Positions 38,529-50,522 of a stretch of DNA of 64,000 bases are shown piece after piece (position 1 is the first letter of the stretch; every line of letters begins with the position of its first letter). The notes beneath the pieces are model-generated. The model made no database searches and was not told the DNA's origin. It saw nothing but the letters and a program-made list of their open reading frames with translations. The DNA is from Epiperipatus broadwayi (Eukaryota > Animalia > Onychophora). Location: assembly GCA_028023455.1 (NCBI GenBank), contig JAQFVV010000009.1, forward strand, positions 11,718,001-11,782,000, read 5' to 3'. The position numbers and the translations under genes were made by a program.

Positions 38529-38879
38529 CTTTACATCAAAGATTTATTCACTGTGTAAAAAAACTTCTATGGGGGAAGAAAAGTAATGGCCATCTCACTC
38601 AGGCAAATGTTGTATCATAGCAACCTAAAGGAATTGGGACTACATTCTATTCATGTATTTGCAAAACAAAAAAAAAACTATTAATCTTTTATCATCCATG
38701 ACAAGAATATACGCACATTTAGAAGTCAATACTATAAATAAACCTCCTCTATACACAAAATAACTGCATACAATCTTAGAACCTACTAAATCAATATCTA
38801 ACCCTAGCATTTTTTTTTTACTTATATTATAACGTTGAAGCGACGAGACGCTGTGAACATTGTGTTACTTTGTTTTAAT

Positions 38880-39360
38880 TGAGCATGTTTCTTTTTGTCA
38901 GTAGTATTTTTACAAAATTTCCATAATGATCAAAATTTGGGATTTATTTACAGCTGGAGTAGAGATTTACTATGCATTGAATGGAGAAAAAATCAATTGG
39001 ATTTGTCCAATAACACCGTCATAGATTGGAACAACTACCTAAGTGAAGTCTGCACTTCTTTTTTTCAGTTTTCTATTAATAAGTTAATAATATATATATA
39101 TTAATAATAAATACTGTATTGTAATTAATTTTTCCACAATGATTTTTTTTAAAATAACAGGAATGAACATAAAATGTAAATATTACCACAATGTTTTCTA
39201 ACTGAAGTCCGCACGTCTTTTTTTTTTCCATTTTCTAATAATAAGTTAATACCAGAACTAATAATAATAAATAAACTAACTAAATAGTGTAATTAATTTT
39301 TCCAGAATGATTTTGTTTATAAAAAATAACAGTAATGAAAAATAAAATATAAATATTAAA
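38880..39360 (+). mobile_element. Merlin (IS1595/ISXO2-like) transposase fragment with an about 160-bp internal tandem duplication
   Basis: ORF 38895-39104 contains FIYSWS...LDLSNNTVIDWNNYLSEVC (TxVDWxNxxREVC motif). About 39040-39190 is repeated at about 39200-39360. Confidence 0.7.
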
Positions 39361-39699
39361 TACGACATTTTTTAGCAGCCATTATTTTTTAAACATTTGG
39401 GGAAAGGGGACCGGTGCTGACGACAGGATACGTTCCAGTAGAAAAATCTGGTGCAATTTAGAAACAGTAGTGGATTAGAATTGAATTGTATAATGTAGAG
39501 AAAGCTACAACGAAATTGAGAATCAAAGTCCGGGTGAATATCGAATTAGTAGTTGGAAAAATTGTGTTAGTAAGCATATTAACAGTAATTTGTTTTAGTA
39601 AGCGTATTAATAGAAGTTTGTCCCAGTAAGCGTGTTTAATAGTTATCTAGTAGTGAAATAGAAATTTTTTTTTTTTTAAAAAAAAAAGCAAAATAGAAA

Positions 39700-40423
39700 A
39701 TGATGACATCAGTGCCTCAGGTAACAATTAACGAGTTCAACATTAATAACCCTTTTGATTGTCCAATTTACCTTAAGAGAATCGAGAAACTGTTTTTGAT
39801 TAATGGCATGACAAGCAACCCCATTAAAGCTGCCACATTATTGTGTTATGCCAGGCAACAAGTAATCAAAATAGCAAATAGACTCTGCAATCACGAAGAG
39901 CCAGAGAATTTGCCATACAATATAGTTACGGGGAAATAATTTTTTCAGTCCCCAGCCTTTGAAGCATGTCGCAAGACTACACTTCAGAAACCAAAGGCAA
40001 AACAAGGGAGAGCGTATACGAGATTATGATCAAGCTCTAAGAGAACTTGCTAAAAGTTGCAGTTATGGTGATGCCTCAGAGGATAATCTGCTTGAGCAAT
40101 TACTTTGGGGCATGTCAGACGCTAGGCTTAGGCAGCAGTTACTGGCCCCAAGAGAGTTGACTTACGACAAAGCAACCAAAATGGGAGTAGCCCACGAAAT
40201 AGTACTTGACCAATCAGAAGAATTTAGAAATTTTTCCCACAAAAATGATGGTAATGTGTATATTCAGAAAACTGAAAATAAGTCCCAACCTATTAAGCAC
40301 AAAACATATGAGATAGTGTGTTATTGCTGTGGGAAAAAAGGCCACATGGCTCGTAAGTGTAAATATAATAAGGAGCATTGTAGGACCTGTGGTAAAGTTG
40401 GACATTTGCAGAAAGTATGTTGA
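39700..40423 (+). pseudogene. gag: Gypsy gag (disrupted near 39940) with two CCHC knuckles
   Basis: YLKRIEKLFLING...AATLL, then RLHFRNQRQNKGERIRDY, CYCCGKKGHMARKC and CRTCGKVGHLQKVC. Confidence 0.9.
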
Positions 40424-40525
40424 AATAAAGGAGAAAAAGATCGTGGCAGCTCGCCAACTTATAAAGTCAAAAATAAAAAAAAGTGTGATATTTACAATAT
40501 ACAGATTGGATACAGAAATCAGTTT

Positions 40526-43500
40526 ATGCTGACTGTTAATTTATTAAAGATACCAGTAAAAATGGAAATTGACAGTGGAGCAGGCATGTCAATGATGACA
40601 CTTGAAGACTGGGAGAAAGTAGTGCAAAATCGAAAAAACCCTCCTTTATTAATGAAGACAAGTTTAAGAGCAAAAGACGCTAGCGGAAATAGTATGAAAA
40701 TATTAGGGAAGGTGATGGCTCAGATTGAATTAAATAGTAAGGTTAGAACACTACCATTATATATAGTACAAGGCAGTCTAAATCTTATTATAGGTAGGGA
40801 ATGGTTTGATGCTTTGGGAATAGAGATATGTGTGATAAATAAAGTTGCTATTGAGCAAGAAATGAGAAATAAATATTGTGAATTATTTAAAAGTGATGAG
40901 GGAAAAATTATTATGACACCTATAAACATAGAGCTACAAGGTGGTGTGACCCCCGTTATCTGCAGACCCAGAAAAGTTCCTTTTGCACTGCAAACTAAGG
41001 TAGAACAAGAGTTGATAAATCTGGTTAGTAAAGGTGTATTAACGCCAGTCGAGAAAACGGAATGGGCCACTCCAATCATGGTTATATCTAAACCAAATGG
41101 GCAGATCCACATTTGCAGAGATTATAGGACTACAATAAATAAAAACCTCACTAAAAGTCAGTATCCTGTACCAAATGTCAGGGAAATACTGGCAAATATG
41201 CAAAAGGCAAGTCACTACACTAAAATTGATTTAAAGGCCGCATTTCACCAGGTACCAGTTTCTGAATGCTCCTCAGAATTGCTAAATATTACAACACATA
41301 AGGGATTGTTTAAATATAATAGATTGCCTTATGGAATTATGGTTGCACCAAATATTTTCCAGGCCAAAATGGACATGCTGTTCCAGCAAATGGATGGTGT
41401 AACAGTATTTTGATGATATTTTGGTCATGGCCAATTCAGAAGAGGAATTACATGAATGAGTTTTAAAAGTTTGCGACAAGTTATGTAGTTTCAGAGCTAA
41501 AATAAACTCAGACAAATGTATCTGGATGGCAACTGAATTAAAATTTCTGGAACACAATCTCAAAAAAAAGAAAGAGACCCGACCCTCAAAAAATTGCAGC
41601 CGTAAAGGAAGCCCGAAGACCTAGAAATGTTAAAGAACTTCAAGCTTTCTTAGGACTTCTTAATTATTTTGAAGTTTTTCTTAAGGGGAAAGCTCACATA
41701 GCAAAACCGCTATACAATTTATTAAAAAAGAGCCAAAAATGGATTTGGAATCAACCCCAAGAAAAAGCTTTTTGTGACACGAAGGAATTATTAATGTCAA
41801 ACAGCTTATTAGTACACTACGACAGTAGCCTCGAATTGATACTGACAACAGTTGCATCCAAAGTTGGAGTAGGAGCAGTCTTAAGCCATACAGTAGCTGA
41901 CGGTGAGCGACCAATTGTCTACGCTTCAAGAACATTAACAAAAACTGAGCAAAATTATAGTCAACTAGATAAAGAGACGCTGGCTATCATATTTGCAATA
42001 AAAAAGTTTCACTAATATTTGTATGGTCGACAGTTTAAAATCTTTACTGATCATAAACCGCTGTTGCAATTATTAGCAAAAAATTAAACTGCCCCTGATC
42101 ATCTAAGCCCTAGAATGTTACGTTGGGTTAATCTGTTATCAGGCTATGATTTTGATCTAAATTTCAAAAAAGGAAAGATCATTAAACATGCAGATGCACT
42201 GGCAAGAATGCCCATTAAAGCTGAACTACAAAAAGACGACCAAACTATTAACTATATCGATAATTGGAACAATGAATTAATAACCAGTGAAAAGGTAGCT
42301 AATTGGACTAAAGCTGACCATGGATATAAACACTTAAGTAAATGGATCAGCAAAGGTTGGCCACAAAGTCAGCCCAAGAGACTACATAAAACTTTATGGG
42401 ACGTAAGACAAAGACTGTCCATAAACAAGGGATGTATTTTAATGGATGATAGAGTGTTGATACCAAGCAGTGGGCAGAATAAGATTCTTCACTTAATTTA
42501 TCAAGGTCATGACCTGGGATAGTGCAGGCCAAAGCTCTGGCTCGTAGTTACATATGGTGGCCCACCATTAATATTGACATAGAGAAATATGTGAAATCAT
42601 GTGAATGTTGCCAAATAAATGCAAATATGCACGAGAAAAAATATGCTGCTTGGCCGGCAGCTGAAAGAGCATGGAGCCGTATTCATGTTGACCATGCTGG
42701 ACCGTTTCACGGCTTTATATTTTTGGTAGTGATCGACACTTATTCAAAGTGGACAGAATATAGAGTAGTGAAAAACACCAGTACCGAAGAAACAATCGCA
42801 AAACTGAAGATTTTTTCTTTTCATGGGATTCCTGAAACAATCATGTCTGACAATGGTACCAGTTTCACATCTACTAAATTTGAAGAATTTCTCGCAGAAT
42901 GGGGAATTAAGCACTTAGCCACACCGCCATATCACCCGGAGTCCAATGGTATTGCAGAAAAGACCGTACAAATGCTGAAGCAAACGTTACAGAAGGAAGG
43001 CACTGCAAATATACAAGACACCTTACATTCTGCCTTATTATATCAACATAGTACTCCATGTGCTACAGGCAAATCTCCTGCAGAATTAATTTTCGGATGG
43101 AAACTCCGCACGAAACTATCGTTAATCCACCCAGAACAAAACTCTACGAAAGCAACACTGGAGATACTATTTTACTCCAAGGGAGAAAAAGTCTGGGTTA
43201 GAGATGTTATCAGGAAATATTGGGTGAAGGCCTTTATAAAAGAAATTCTGTCAAAACAAATAATACTTGTAGAGACAGAAACTGGAAAAACAATGCGCAA
43301 GCACATAGATCATGTGAGACGTCGAGAAGAATTAGTGCAAACTGGAAGTACTGCAGCACCGCACATTCCAAAAGCAAAGAGAAATCCAACGATCAAGAAA
43401 CTGAAGGAGCCAACAAAACACCAGTAGAAGAGAAGTACGACGATTAAGAGACCAACAAAACGCCAATAGAAGAGAGAACATCTCCATGAAGATCTTCAAG

Positions 43501-43540
43501 AGCAAGAAAAGAACCCATGTACTTAAAAGACTATGTAAGA
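40526..43540 (+). pseudogene. pol: Gypsy pol: protease, RT, RNase H, integrase
   Basis: EIDSGA, WATPIMVISKPNG, KIDLKAAFHQV, frameshifted (Y)FDDI at about 41410, ASKVGVGAVL, YSQLDKE, TDHKPL, ADALAR, WWP..CECCQ, IHVDHAGP, SDNG, SNGIAE and terminal YLKDYV. Confidence 0.95.
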
Positions 43541-43573
43541 CTTCAGAAACAATAATTTCTGAAGTGGTGGAGG

Positions 43574-44045
43574 TGCTATATACGTGTATAATAATTAATA
43601 AGTTTTGTTAAAATAAGTTATACGTATATAATAATTAACGTTTATTAAAATAAGTTTTATTAGATGAAATAGACAGGAATTTTGTAATTAAATTTGTTAC
43701 GCTATTAAAGATAAGCACTTCAGATTAGAAACTAATTAAGCAGCTAGATTAAAAGTGCTGATTACTAAAAGTAGACAATAGGAGAATTAATTGGTTTCTA
43801 AAACATTTCTTAACAAGAAAAAAGAAAGAACAAAAAATAACTAAGCAGTACTTGCAGCGGGGAACTCATTGAATGCACACGAAAGTCAAGAGTTTTAACT
43901 TAGTGACGGAACAAACCCAATGAACTCCACCATTGAAGGTTAAAGAGTGGACCTAGGAACTTTGCAGGCCACACCGGTTTAAATTATGTTTTTCTTATGC
44001 CTTCACGGCCAGTGTTCGTAAGTTAAACTTAAATGTCTTATAACT
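43574..44045 (+). repeat. 3' LTR of the Gypsy at 39396-44045
   Basis: Starts TGCTATATAC directly after the purine tract and contains a short internal duplication at about 43578-43660. No partner LTR in the window, so the end is uncertain. Confidence 0.6.
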
Positions 44046-44464
44046 ATATATGTAATAATATTTATCTGACTGATAATTCTATTAAACTATTTGTCTAATC
44101 ATTTGGTTTCTGCTGTCTATTTATCTGATTGTTAAGCCAAGTGATAGCTGTACACAGCAAAGAGCTACTATCTTGGTTTACTGGAAAACTCACAAATACT
44201 CTTTAATTTTTCATGCTTTATTTTTTTTTTCTCTTATCTACTGGTATATAATATATAATATTATTTCAATTACATTGTCAATGTAGACTTGTCTGACTTA
44301 TATGGTTAAGTGAGTGGCAATCCAAAGAATAGATTCCCAGTTGGATATATATAAAAGTTTGATAATTTGACTGGAAAAATTAAATTTTTGAAAATATTGT
44401 TAGTATGTAAAAAGTAAAATATTTAACTAATCTATTGCATAGCACAGGTCTCCAATATTCATTG

Positions 44465-44560
44465 GCAGAGAAACAGTGAAAGGAAGATAATGTCAGGCTT
44501 GCATTTTTCCTTGCAGAGAAACAGTGAAAGGGAAGATAATGTCAGGCTTGCATTTTTCCT
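44465..44560. repeat. 48-bp tandem duplication
   Basis: GCAGAGAAACAGTGAAAGGAAGATAATGTCAGGCTTGCATTTTTCCT x2, with one indel. Confidence 0.95.
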
Positions 44561-45241
44561 CTTGTTTTAATATTCTGGCTAAAAATAGCTTATATCTTTT
44601 ACTGATCAACTAATTGGATGATAAAATAGACTTGCTACATATATTTAAGAAAAAATCTGACCCTGCCTTCAGAAGTGGACTATTCCAGATTCCTTACCTG
44701 ATTGGCTAGCACCCAGTTGCTAACCAACGGGATTAAAAACCTTCATTGGCGTTCGTGCATCGAATCTTCGTGTTTCCAGTAAGGTAGGGGATCTGCCTTC
44801 AAATAGTCAGCCTTTTGGAGGCAAGGCAGAGAGTAATTACTTCTGTTAATCTGAATGACAGAACGTGCTCTCCAATAAACCTTTTGCCATCAGCAAAGGT
44901 GTTTATCTAGTTATTATCATGACGTCTACGCAGTGAGGCATCCACCTACGGACTGGAAACTGCTACGTCTGAACTAGAGCTGGCTCAAGGCAAGCTAACT
45001 ACATAGCTGGAAGAGTCTTCTTAGCAGAACTCACGACGCAGGCTAATCAGTAGCTGAAAGCGAGTTCCATACTTTGCACAACTATCTCAGTGTTGAAGCA
45101 TATCAACTGTATTTGTACATTTGTTAACTAACGTGTGTATATATTTTGTACTAATAAATTATTCATATTTATTGGTGAATAGTTGTTCATTTTGTATCTC
45201 TTGGTTTGGAAATGAACCTGCAAGCCTAACCAAACACAACA

Positions 45242-45510
45242 GATTTGACATGGTCGACACTCTTGTTATAACTGATTTGGCGTGGTTGACACTCTTGTTA
45301 TAACTGATTTGGCATGGTCGACACTCTTGTTATAACTGAGTTGGTGCTGTCGACAGGTCAACTAGATTTGGAGCAGTCGCACAGAAATTTTTCCCTCATG
45401 GCTGGAAAAAGTATGCAATAAACTAAGCCAGTTATAACGAATTTGGCGCAGTAACAGAAATTTTTCCCTCGCAGCTGGAAAAATTAGAATAAACTACGCC
45501 AGTTTCAACA
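45242..45510 (+). repeat. Tandem array of PBS-containing units in the 5' leader
   Basis: Three 32-bp units GATTTGGCRTGGTCGACACTCTTGTTATAACT, one 27-bp variant and two units of about 73 bp. Each starts GA(T)TTGG and resembles TGGCGYAGTCG, the complement of a tRNA-Ser 3' end. Confidence 0.85.
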
Positions 45511-45818
45511 GATCTAAACGTGAAATAAATACGAGAGAGTGTATTCGTTTATTGTTTTTCATTTTCGGAAAAAATTTATGTTACCGTAATTTCATTACGA
45601 TGGTATTTTTTTTTTTTAGAAAAATAACATAAAACTGTTAAATAAAATTGAATGCAGGCATAAAGGCATGTCAATTAGAAGCTTCAACCAATCACAAGAG
45701 CTTTATTCGCAAGACAGTGTAAAAGCTCGCTCTATTGGTTAAAAAGCTTCGTTCAGTTAGTTACAATAATGTAACTATAAAAACAAGTACGAGTGGTTAC
45801 TCAGCATAAATAAAAAAG

Positions 45819-46995
45819 ATGGCTAACGCAATTGGCTCTATGGAATCTTTTGATCCGGCTCAACCTGAGAGCTGGCAAAATTATAAAGAGCGTTTGATTT
45901 TTTATCTACAGGCTAACAATATAAAAAAGCCTGAGATAAAGTTAGCTACTCTAATGATCACAATAGGTCCACAAACATACGAAATATTCAAGTCTCAATC
46001 TATGGCCGTAACCCCAGCTGAGCTGGATTTTGATAAAGTGTTGACAATTCTCACAGAGTATTTTACTCCTAAACCCTTGACAATAATGCAGAGATATCAT
46101 TTTAATCTCAGCATACAAGAACAGGATGAAACAGCTAGAGAATTTGCAACACAAATCCGTAAGTTAGCTTTGAAGTGTGAGTTCAAAGACTTCATGAATG
46201 AAGCACTTCGTGATCATTTTATTTGTGGCATAAACGATCACAATTTGAGGCTGAAAATGTTAATGGTTCCAGACCTCGATTTTGAGACAGCGGTAGCTCA
46301 AGCAACACTAGCAGAAACAATAGCTAGTCAAGCTAACCCATTAAAAAAACTTATAAAGTATGAAGTGCAAAAAATTTGAGCATAACACTGGGTCACTCAA
46401 GCACCCAGTCAGCTCAAATAATTCTGCATCAAATAGCCCACGGCTTTGCTATAGATGCAATTGAGCACATGCATACAGAATGTCCATACCACAAAGCAAC
46501 ATGCACATTTTGCAAGAGTATAGGACATATAAAGGCAGCATGTCTGAAATTAAAAAGACAATCAGCCAAGTCTATTCCTAAAGACAGTAAAGGCACTGAT
46601 AATAAACATAAGCAAGTTGCCTGTATAAACCTCATCAGAGATAACAAGTCTGGGTTTATACACACTGTCATGATAAATGATACACCAGTTAAAATGGAAC
46701 TGACACAGGGTCAGCAGTGTCTATAGTTTCAAGAAAGACTTGGACAAGCATTAATAAAAAGAATAAATATAAGCTGCACCCTTGCAGTAAGTTCAGACTA
46801 TCAAGGAAATAAAATCAAACTGTTGGGTCAAACAACAGGAAAAGTTACTTTGCATAACAAAACTATATACCTACCACTGGTAGTGGCATAAGATAATCAT
46901 AATGATTTAATAGGTCGTGACTGGTTCAGTCACTTAGGGTTCAAAGTGACCAAAGTGAATCAGCTCACATTATCAAAGTTCAAGTCTAATGAATC
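45819..46995 (+). pseudogene. gag: Gypsy gag-protease (frameshifts near 46376 and 46700)
   Basis: MANAIGSMESFDPAQPESWQNYKERLIFYLQAN..., CPYHKATCTFCKSIGHIKAAC, MEL(D)TGSAVSI after a 1-nt shift, and DLIGRDWFSHLG. Confidence 0.9.
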
Positions 46996-47387
46996 ATAAG
47001 TCTTTAACAAAAAGCTGAAACCTGATGCCAAACTTCAACTAGAAGATAAAAACAAAATAAAATTCCAAATAGAAACAAAAGTACTATGTCATATGTACTA
47101 TGGGTCCAAAAGATGGAGACCAGCAGTGGTGGTGCAAATAAAGGGCCTCTACATTGTTGTTCAAACTGAAGATGGTCATTATCATCATTGCCATTACAAC
47201 CAACTAAGACTCAGCCACACATCTGAAGCTATCAAGACAGCAGCAGACAACCAGAAACAAACTCATCAAGAGAAGAGGATGAAAACAGGAACAACAATCA
47301 ACCAGAGGAATCAACCAAGCAGACAAAATGTCGTCCATTGCATCTCAATGACTATGTCCTCCAGGGCTAATTTATCCAGGGGAGAGA

Positions 47388-47982
47388 TGTCATATCGGAC
47401 TCTGCCTTCAGAAGTGGACTATTCCAGATTCCTTACCTGATTGGCTAGCACCCAGTTGCTAGCCAATGGGATTAAAAACCTTCACTTGGGTTCACGCACT
47501 GAATCTGTGTGTTTCCAGTAAGGTAGGGGATCTGCCTTTAAATAGTCAGCCATTTGGAGGCAAGGCAGAGAGCAATTACTTTTGTTAACCTGAATGACAG
47601 AACGTGCTCTCCAATAAACCTTTTGCCATCAGCAAAGGTATTTATCTAGTTATTATCACGACGTCTACGCAGTGAGGCAAGTCCACCTACAGACTGGAAA
47701 CTGCTACATCTGAACTAGAGCTGGCTCGAGGCAAGCTAACTACATAGCTGGAAGAGTCTTCTTAGCAGAACTCATGACGCAGGCTAATCAGTAGCTGGAA
47801 GTGAGTTCCATACTTTACATGACTATCTCAGCGTTGAAGCATATCAACTGTATTTGTACATTTGTTAACTAACGTGTGTATATATTTTGTACTAATAAAT
47901 TATAAATATTTATTGCTGAATAGTTGTTCGTTTTGTATCTGTTGGTTTGGAAACGAACCTGCAAGCCTAACCAAACACAACA
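47388..47982 (+). repeat. 3' LTR (TG...CA) of the gag-protease element
   Basis: TGTCATATC...CACAACA, directly after the PPT. Confidence 0.95.
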
Positions 47983-48847
47983 TTAACCATATTATTTTAA
48001 AAATTAGATAATTTTTTAGACAATCCTTATATATATATATATATATAATGTTAATACATTTATAATACATAATTTTTAATTTATGCATCGAGTTTTATTA
48101 TAAAATATCTATAAGTTACAATCAGAGGATATAAATATATCAAATAAAAGTCATGTTATTTGCATTAAAAAACTATTTAAGAATGAATATTTAAAATAAT
48201 ACCAAATTGCCATTTTTGATGATCATGTATTTGAAATAAAAGTCATGTATAAAATATCAACTATTTTAAAGTTGAATAATCTGGTAATCTGTTACTCAAC
48301 TTTGATGTATAGTACTGAGTAGAAAGCTATTCTTGTATTATCATATAATGTGTAAAGTATTCACAAAAATTTAATAATTTGTTGTTATTATTAGTAACAT
48401 TCTTAGCTTGGAGGAAAATGTGTTCACCATTAAAAGGGTATTAAAATATATAATTATTGACCTAGAGTCACATATATATAATTGTTCAAATGTGGGTTGG
48501 CTTGAATTCAAAACTTTAGAATGTTTTGAATTTCAGGATTTCAGTTATATATTAAAATGAAGTTGGGGATAGTTGCTTCATGCATAACTATAAGATATGG
48601 ACTTTCATTTGATAATCACTGATTAATTAATATAATTATAAATGACAAATTAAATGATTTGTTGTGTAAATTGTGGAGGAAAAAAATATAAATCAGAGAT
48701 CTTATTTTAAAATATAAAGTTTTAAAAAGTGAAAATATTTTATTTATTTTATTTACTTATAATTATCATAAATATAGACTTTAATAGCATGGTGGGAAAA
48801 TTAGTGTATAAAAGTTACTAAATTTATAGTTATTAATCTCATGTATG

Positions 48848-48923
48848 GTTTATATAATTATACAGGCAAATGTATACGGCTTCAGTTTATATAATTATAC
48901 AGGCAGATGTATACGGCTTCAGT
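48848..48923. repeat. 37-bp tandem duplication
   Basis: GTTTATATAATTATACAGGCARATGTATACGGCTTCA x2, one mismatch. Confidence 0.95.
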
Positions 48924-49552
48924 GCAATTATTTTGATTAGAATTGTTGTTTAAAGAACAGCTTCAGAATAATTGTAGGACAAACAATGTTTTTTATTGAG
49001 GATGGACAATAATCTGAAACTAGGCCAGAATTTGTCTTCTGATATTCACTAATGATTCATGCTTTTATGATTGAAGCGGATTAATTACTTCTGACAAATG
49101 GAGCTCAATAATTACATAATAAAACAAAATTAGTGTTTTATTATTTCTCTTTAGTTTGGTATTAGACTCTTTATAATCCAGCTTTCGCTTTTAAAAATTC
49201 ATTAAGTGAAAGTTGATCTTGATCTTAATTTTAATCAATTACATAGACATTAAGATAATGCCCATAAGTGAAACAGACTTTTATGACTCTTGTTTTGTTA
49301 ATTGGTCTTACTTGTGACAAGAAGTCCATTACATAACAATAGATCATGGAAGTTTGTTTTGCATTATTCTGCTTATATTGGCTAGAATGAATGTGCAAGA
49401 TAACATTGTAAAATGCATATTGAACTCAAGTTGGGCTTTATATGATTTTTAATTATGGGTCACATATTTTTTAATGCTTTGTTTGCATATTCACTTTTGA
49501 CATTTCATTGTGATTAAATAACCATAAATTATATTTTAATTGTCCTAGACAT

Positions 49553-49641
49553 TTAAATAATGTTGTTGACATGGTGTTTAACAATCTGCATTACTTAAAT
49601 AATGTTGTTGACATGGTGTTTAACAATCTGCATTACTTAAA
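49553..49641. repeat. 42-bp perfect tandem duplication
   Basis: TTAAATAATGTTGTTGACATGGTGTTTAACAATCTGCATTAC x2 plus TTAAA. Confidence 0.97.
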
Positions 49642-50408
49642 AAATGATGATGATATTGAATTATGCTTGAAACATTTCAAAAATGTTAAACTGTCAAGAA
49701 CACTAAAAAAAAAATTTCTTCATAGCTATTATATATGATCTTTTCAATTTATAGAGGTAGTTTTAACAGTGGGTGAGTTAAATATTGAAGCTAATTGTCA
49801 TTATTATTATTTTGACTATGTATGCATGCTTCATTCATATTACACTATTTTTTTTTCATGGATCTTGATATCCTATTGTGTTTGTACATTTATAATGAGA
49901 CTGGGTATTTTATGATTTTTGCACAAGAATAGTTTAATATCCATTCATCACCCAATGTTTACTGGATAAAATGGCCATAAGCCAGATATTTGAAATCAAA
50001 ATCTATTTCAAAAACTAATTTCTAAACAAAGCATTTAAAAAAAATATTTGAACCAATCAAATTTTTTTAGTTAATAAAATTGGATTCTGAGAATGGTTTC
50101 TTACTTCTTCTCTAAAGTGTGTTCAAATTGTTTTTAATTTTTATATATTATTCTTTTTAATTCTTCAGCACCTTTGTTTACTGTTTTCTTCAAGCCCACA
50201 TTTCTAATGCCTTCACTCACTTTTATTTCATTTCCTAATTCTTTATTTTTCTTTTCAGTTTTAATCTCACTCTAATAAAGATATATTATTAATACTAGAT
50301 GATTCAATACTAACCAAAACTAACATAATTAACTCCTATAAAGGAAGAAAAGAGAAACCTCACAGTATTTCTGTTTGTTAATAAAATCTTATTTTCCTAT
50401 GTATTCAG

Positions 50409-50522
50409 GCTGGTCTTCGGACGTTACATGATATTGGTCCAGAAATTCGCCGAGCAATTTCTGGAAATTTGGAAGAGGATGAATCTCAGATGACAAAAGA
50501 TATGGAAGAACCTATGCATCGG
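50409..50522 (+). CDS. Ca-alpha1D: Internal coding exon of a voltage-gated L-type calcium channel alpha-1 subunit (Cav1), post-IQ C-terminal segment
   Basis: Pyrimidine tract plus TTCAG|G acceptor and CGG|GTAAGT donor. 114 bp, phase 0/0: [38 protein letters not shown], matching the conserved Cav1 [22 protein letters not shown] and EPMHR motifs. Confidence 0.92.

Larger units (their letters stand above)
39396..44045 (+). mobile_element. Ty3/Gypsy (Mag-like) LTR retrotransposon, 5' LTR absent, pol disrupted
   Basis: PBS-like TGCTGACGACAGGA near 39415, gag, then PR-RT-RNaseH-INT order. PPT-like AAGTGGTGGAGG then a TG-start LTR at 43574. The 3' end (about 44045) is approximate. Confidence 0.93.
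44649..47982 (+). mobile_element. Internally deleted Ty3/Gypsy (Mag-like): LTR-PBS array-gag-protease-[no RT/RH/INT core]-INT tail-PPT-LTR
   Basis: Two LTRs of about 590 bp (about 44655-45241 and 47388-47982), about 37 differences by hand. PPT AGGGGAGAGA. Flanks TTAA(G)/TTAA(C). The first 6 nt of the 5' LTR are replaced by GAAAAA. Confidence 0.95.

Noticed and set aside
39415-39452. Hammerhead-like CTGACGA...GAAA
   Set aside because: Stem II is mismatched, there is no stem III, and the sequence is explained as the Gypsy PBS region.
40720-41112. 130-aa minus-strand ORF, and other ORFs antisense to gag/pol
   Set aside because: Antisense shadows of the Gypsy coding strand with no independent motifs.
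45242-45510. CRISPR-like array (32-bp repeats)
   Set aside because: Units are directly adjacent with no unique spacers, lie in an LTR element leader, and there are no cas genes. The DNA is eukaryotic.
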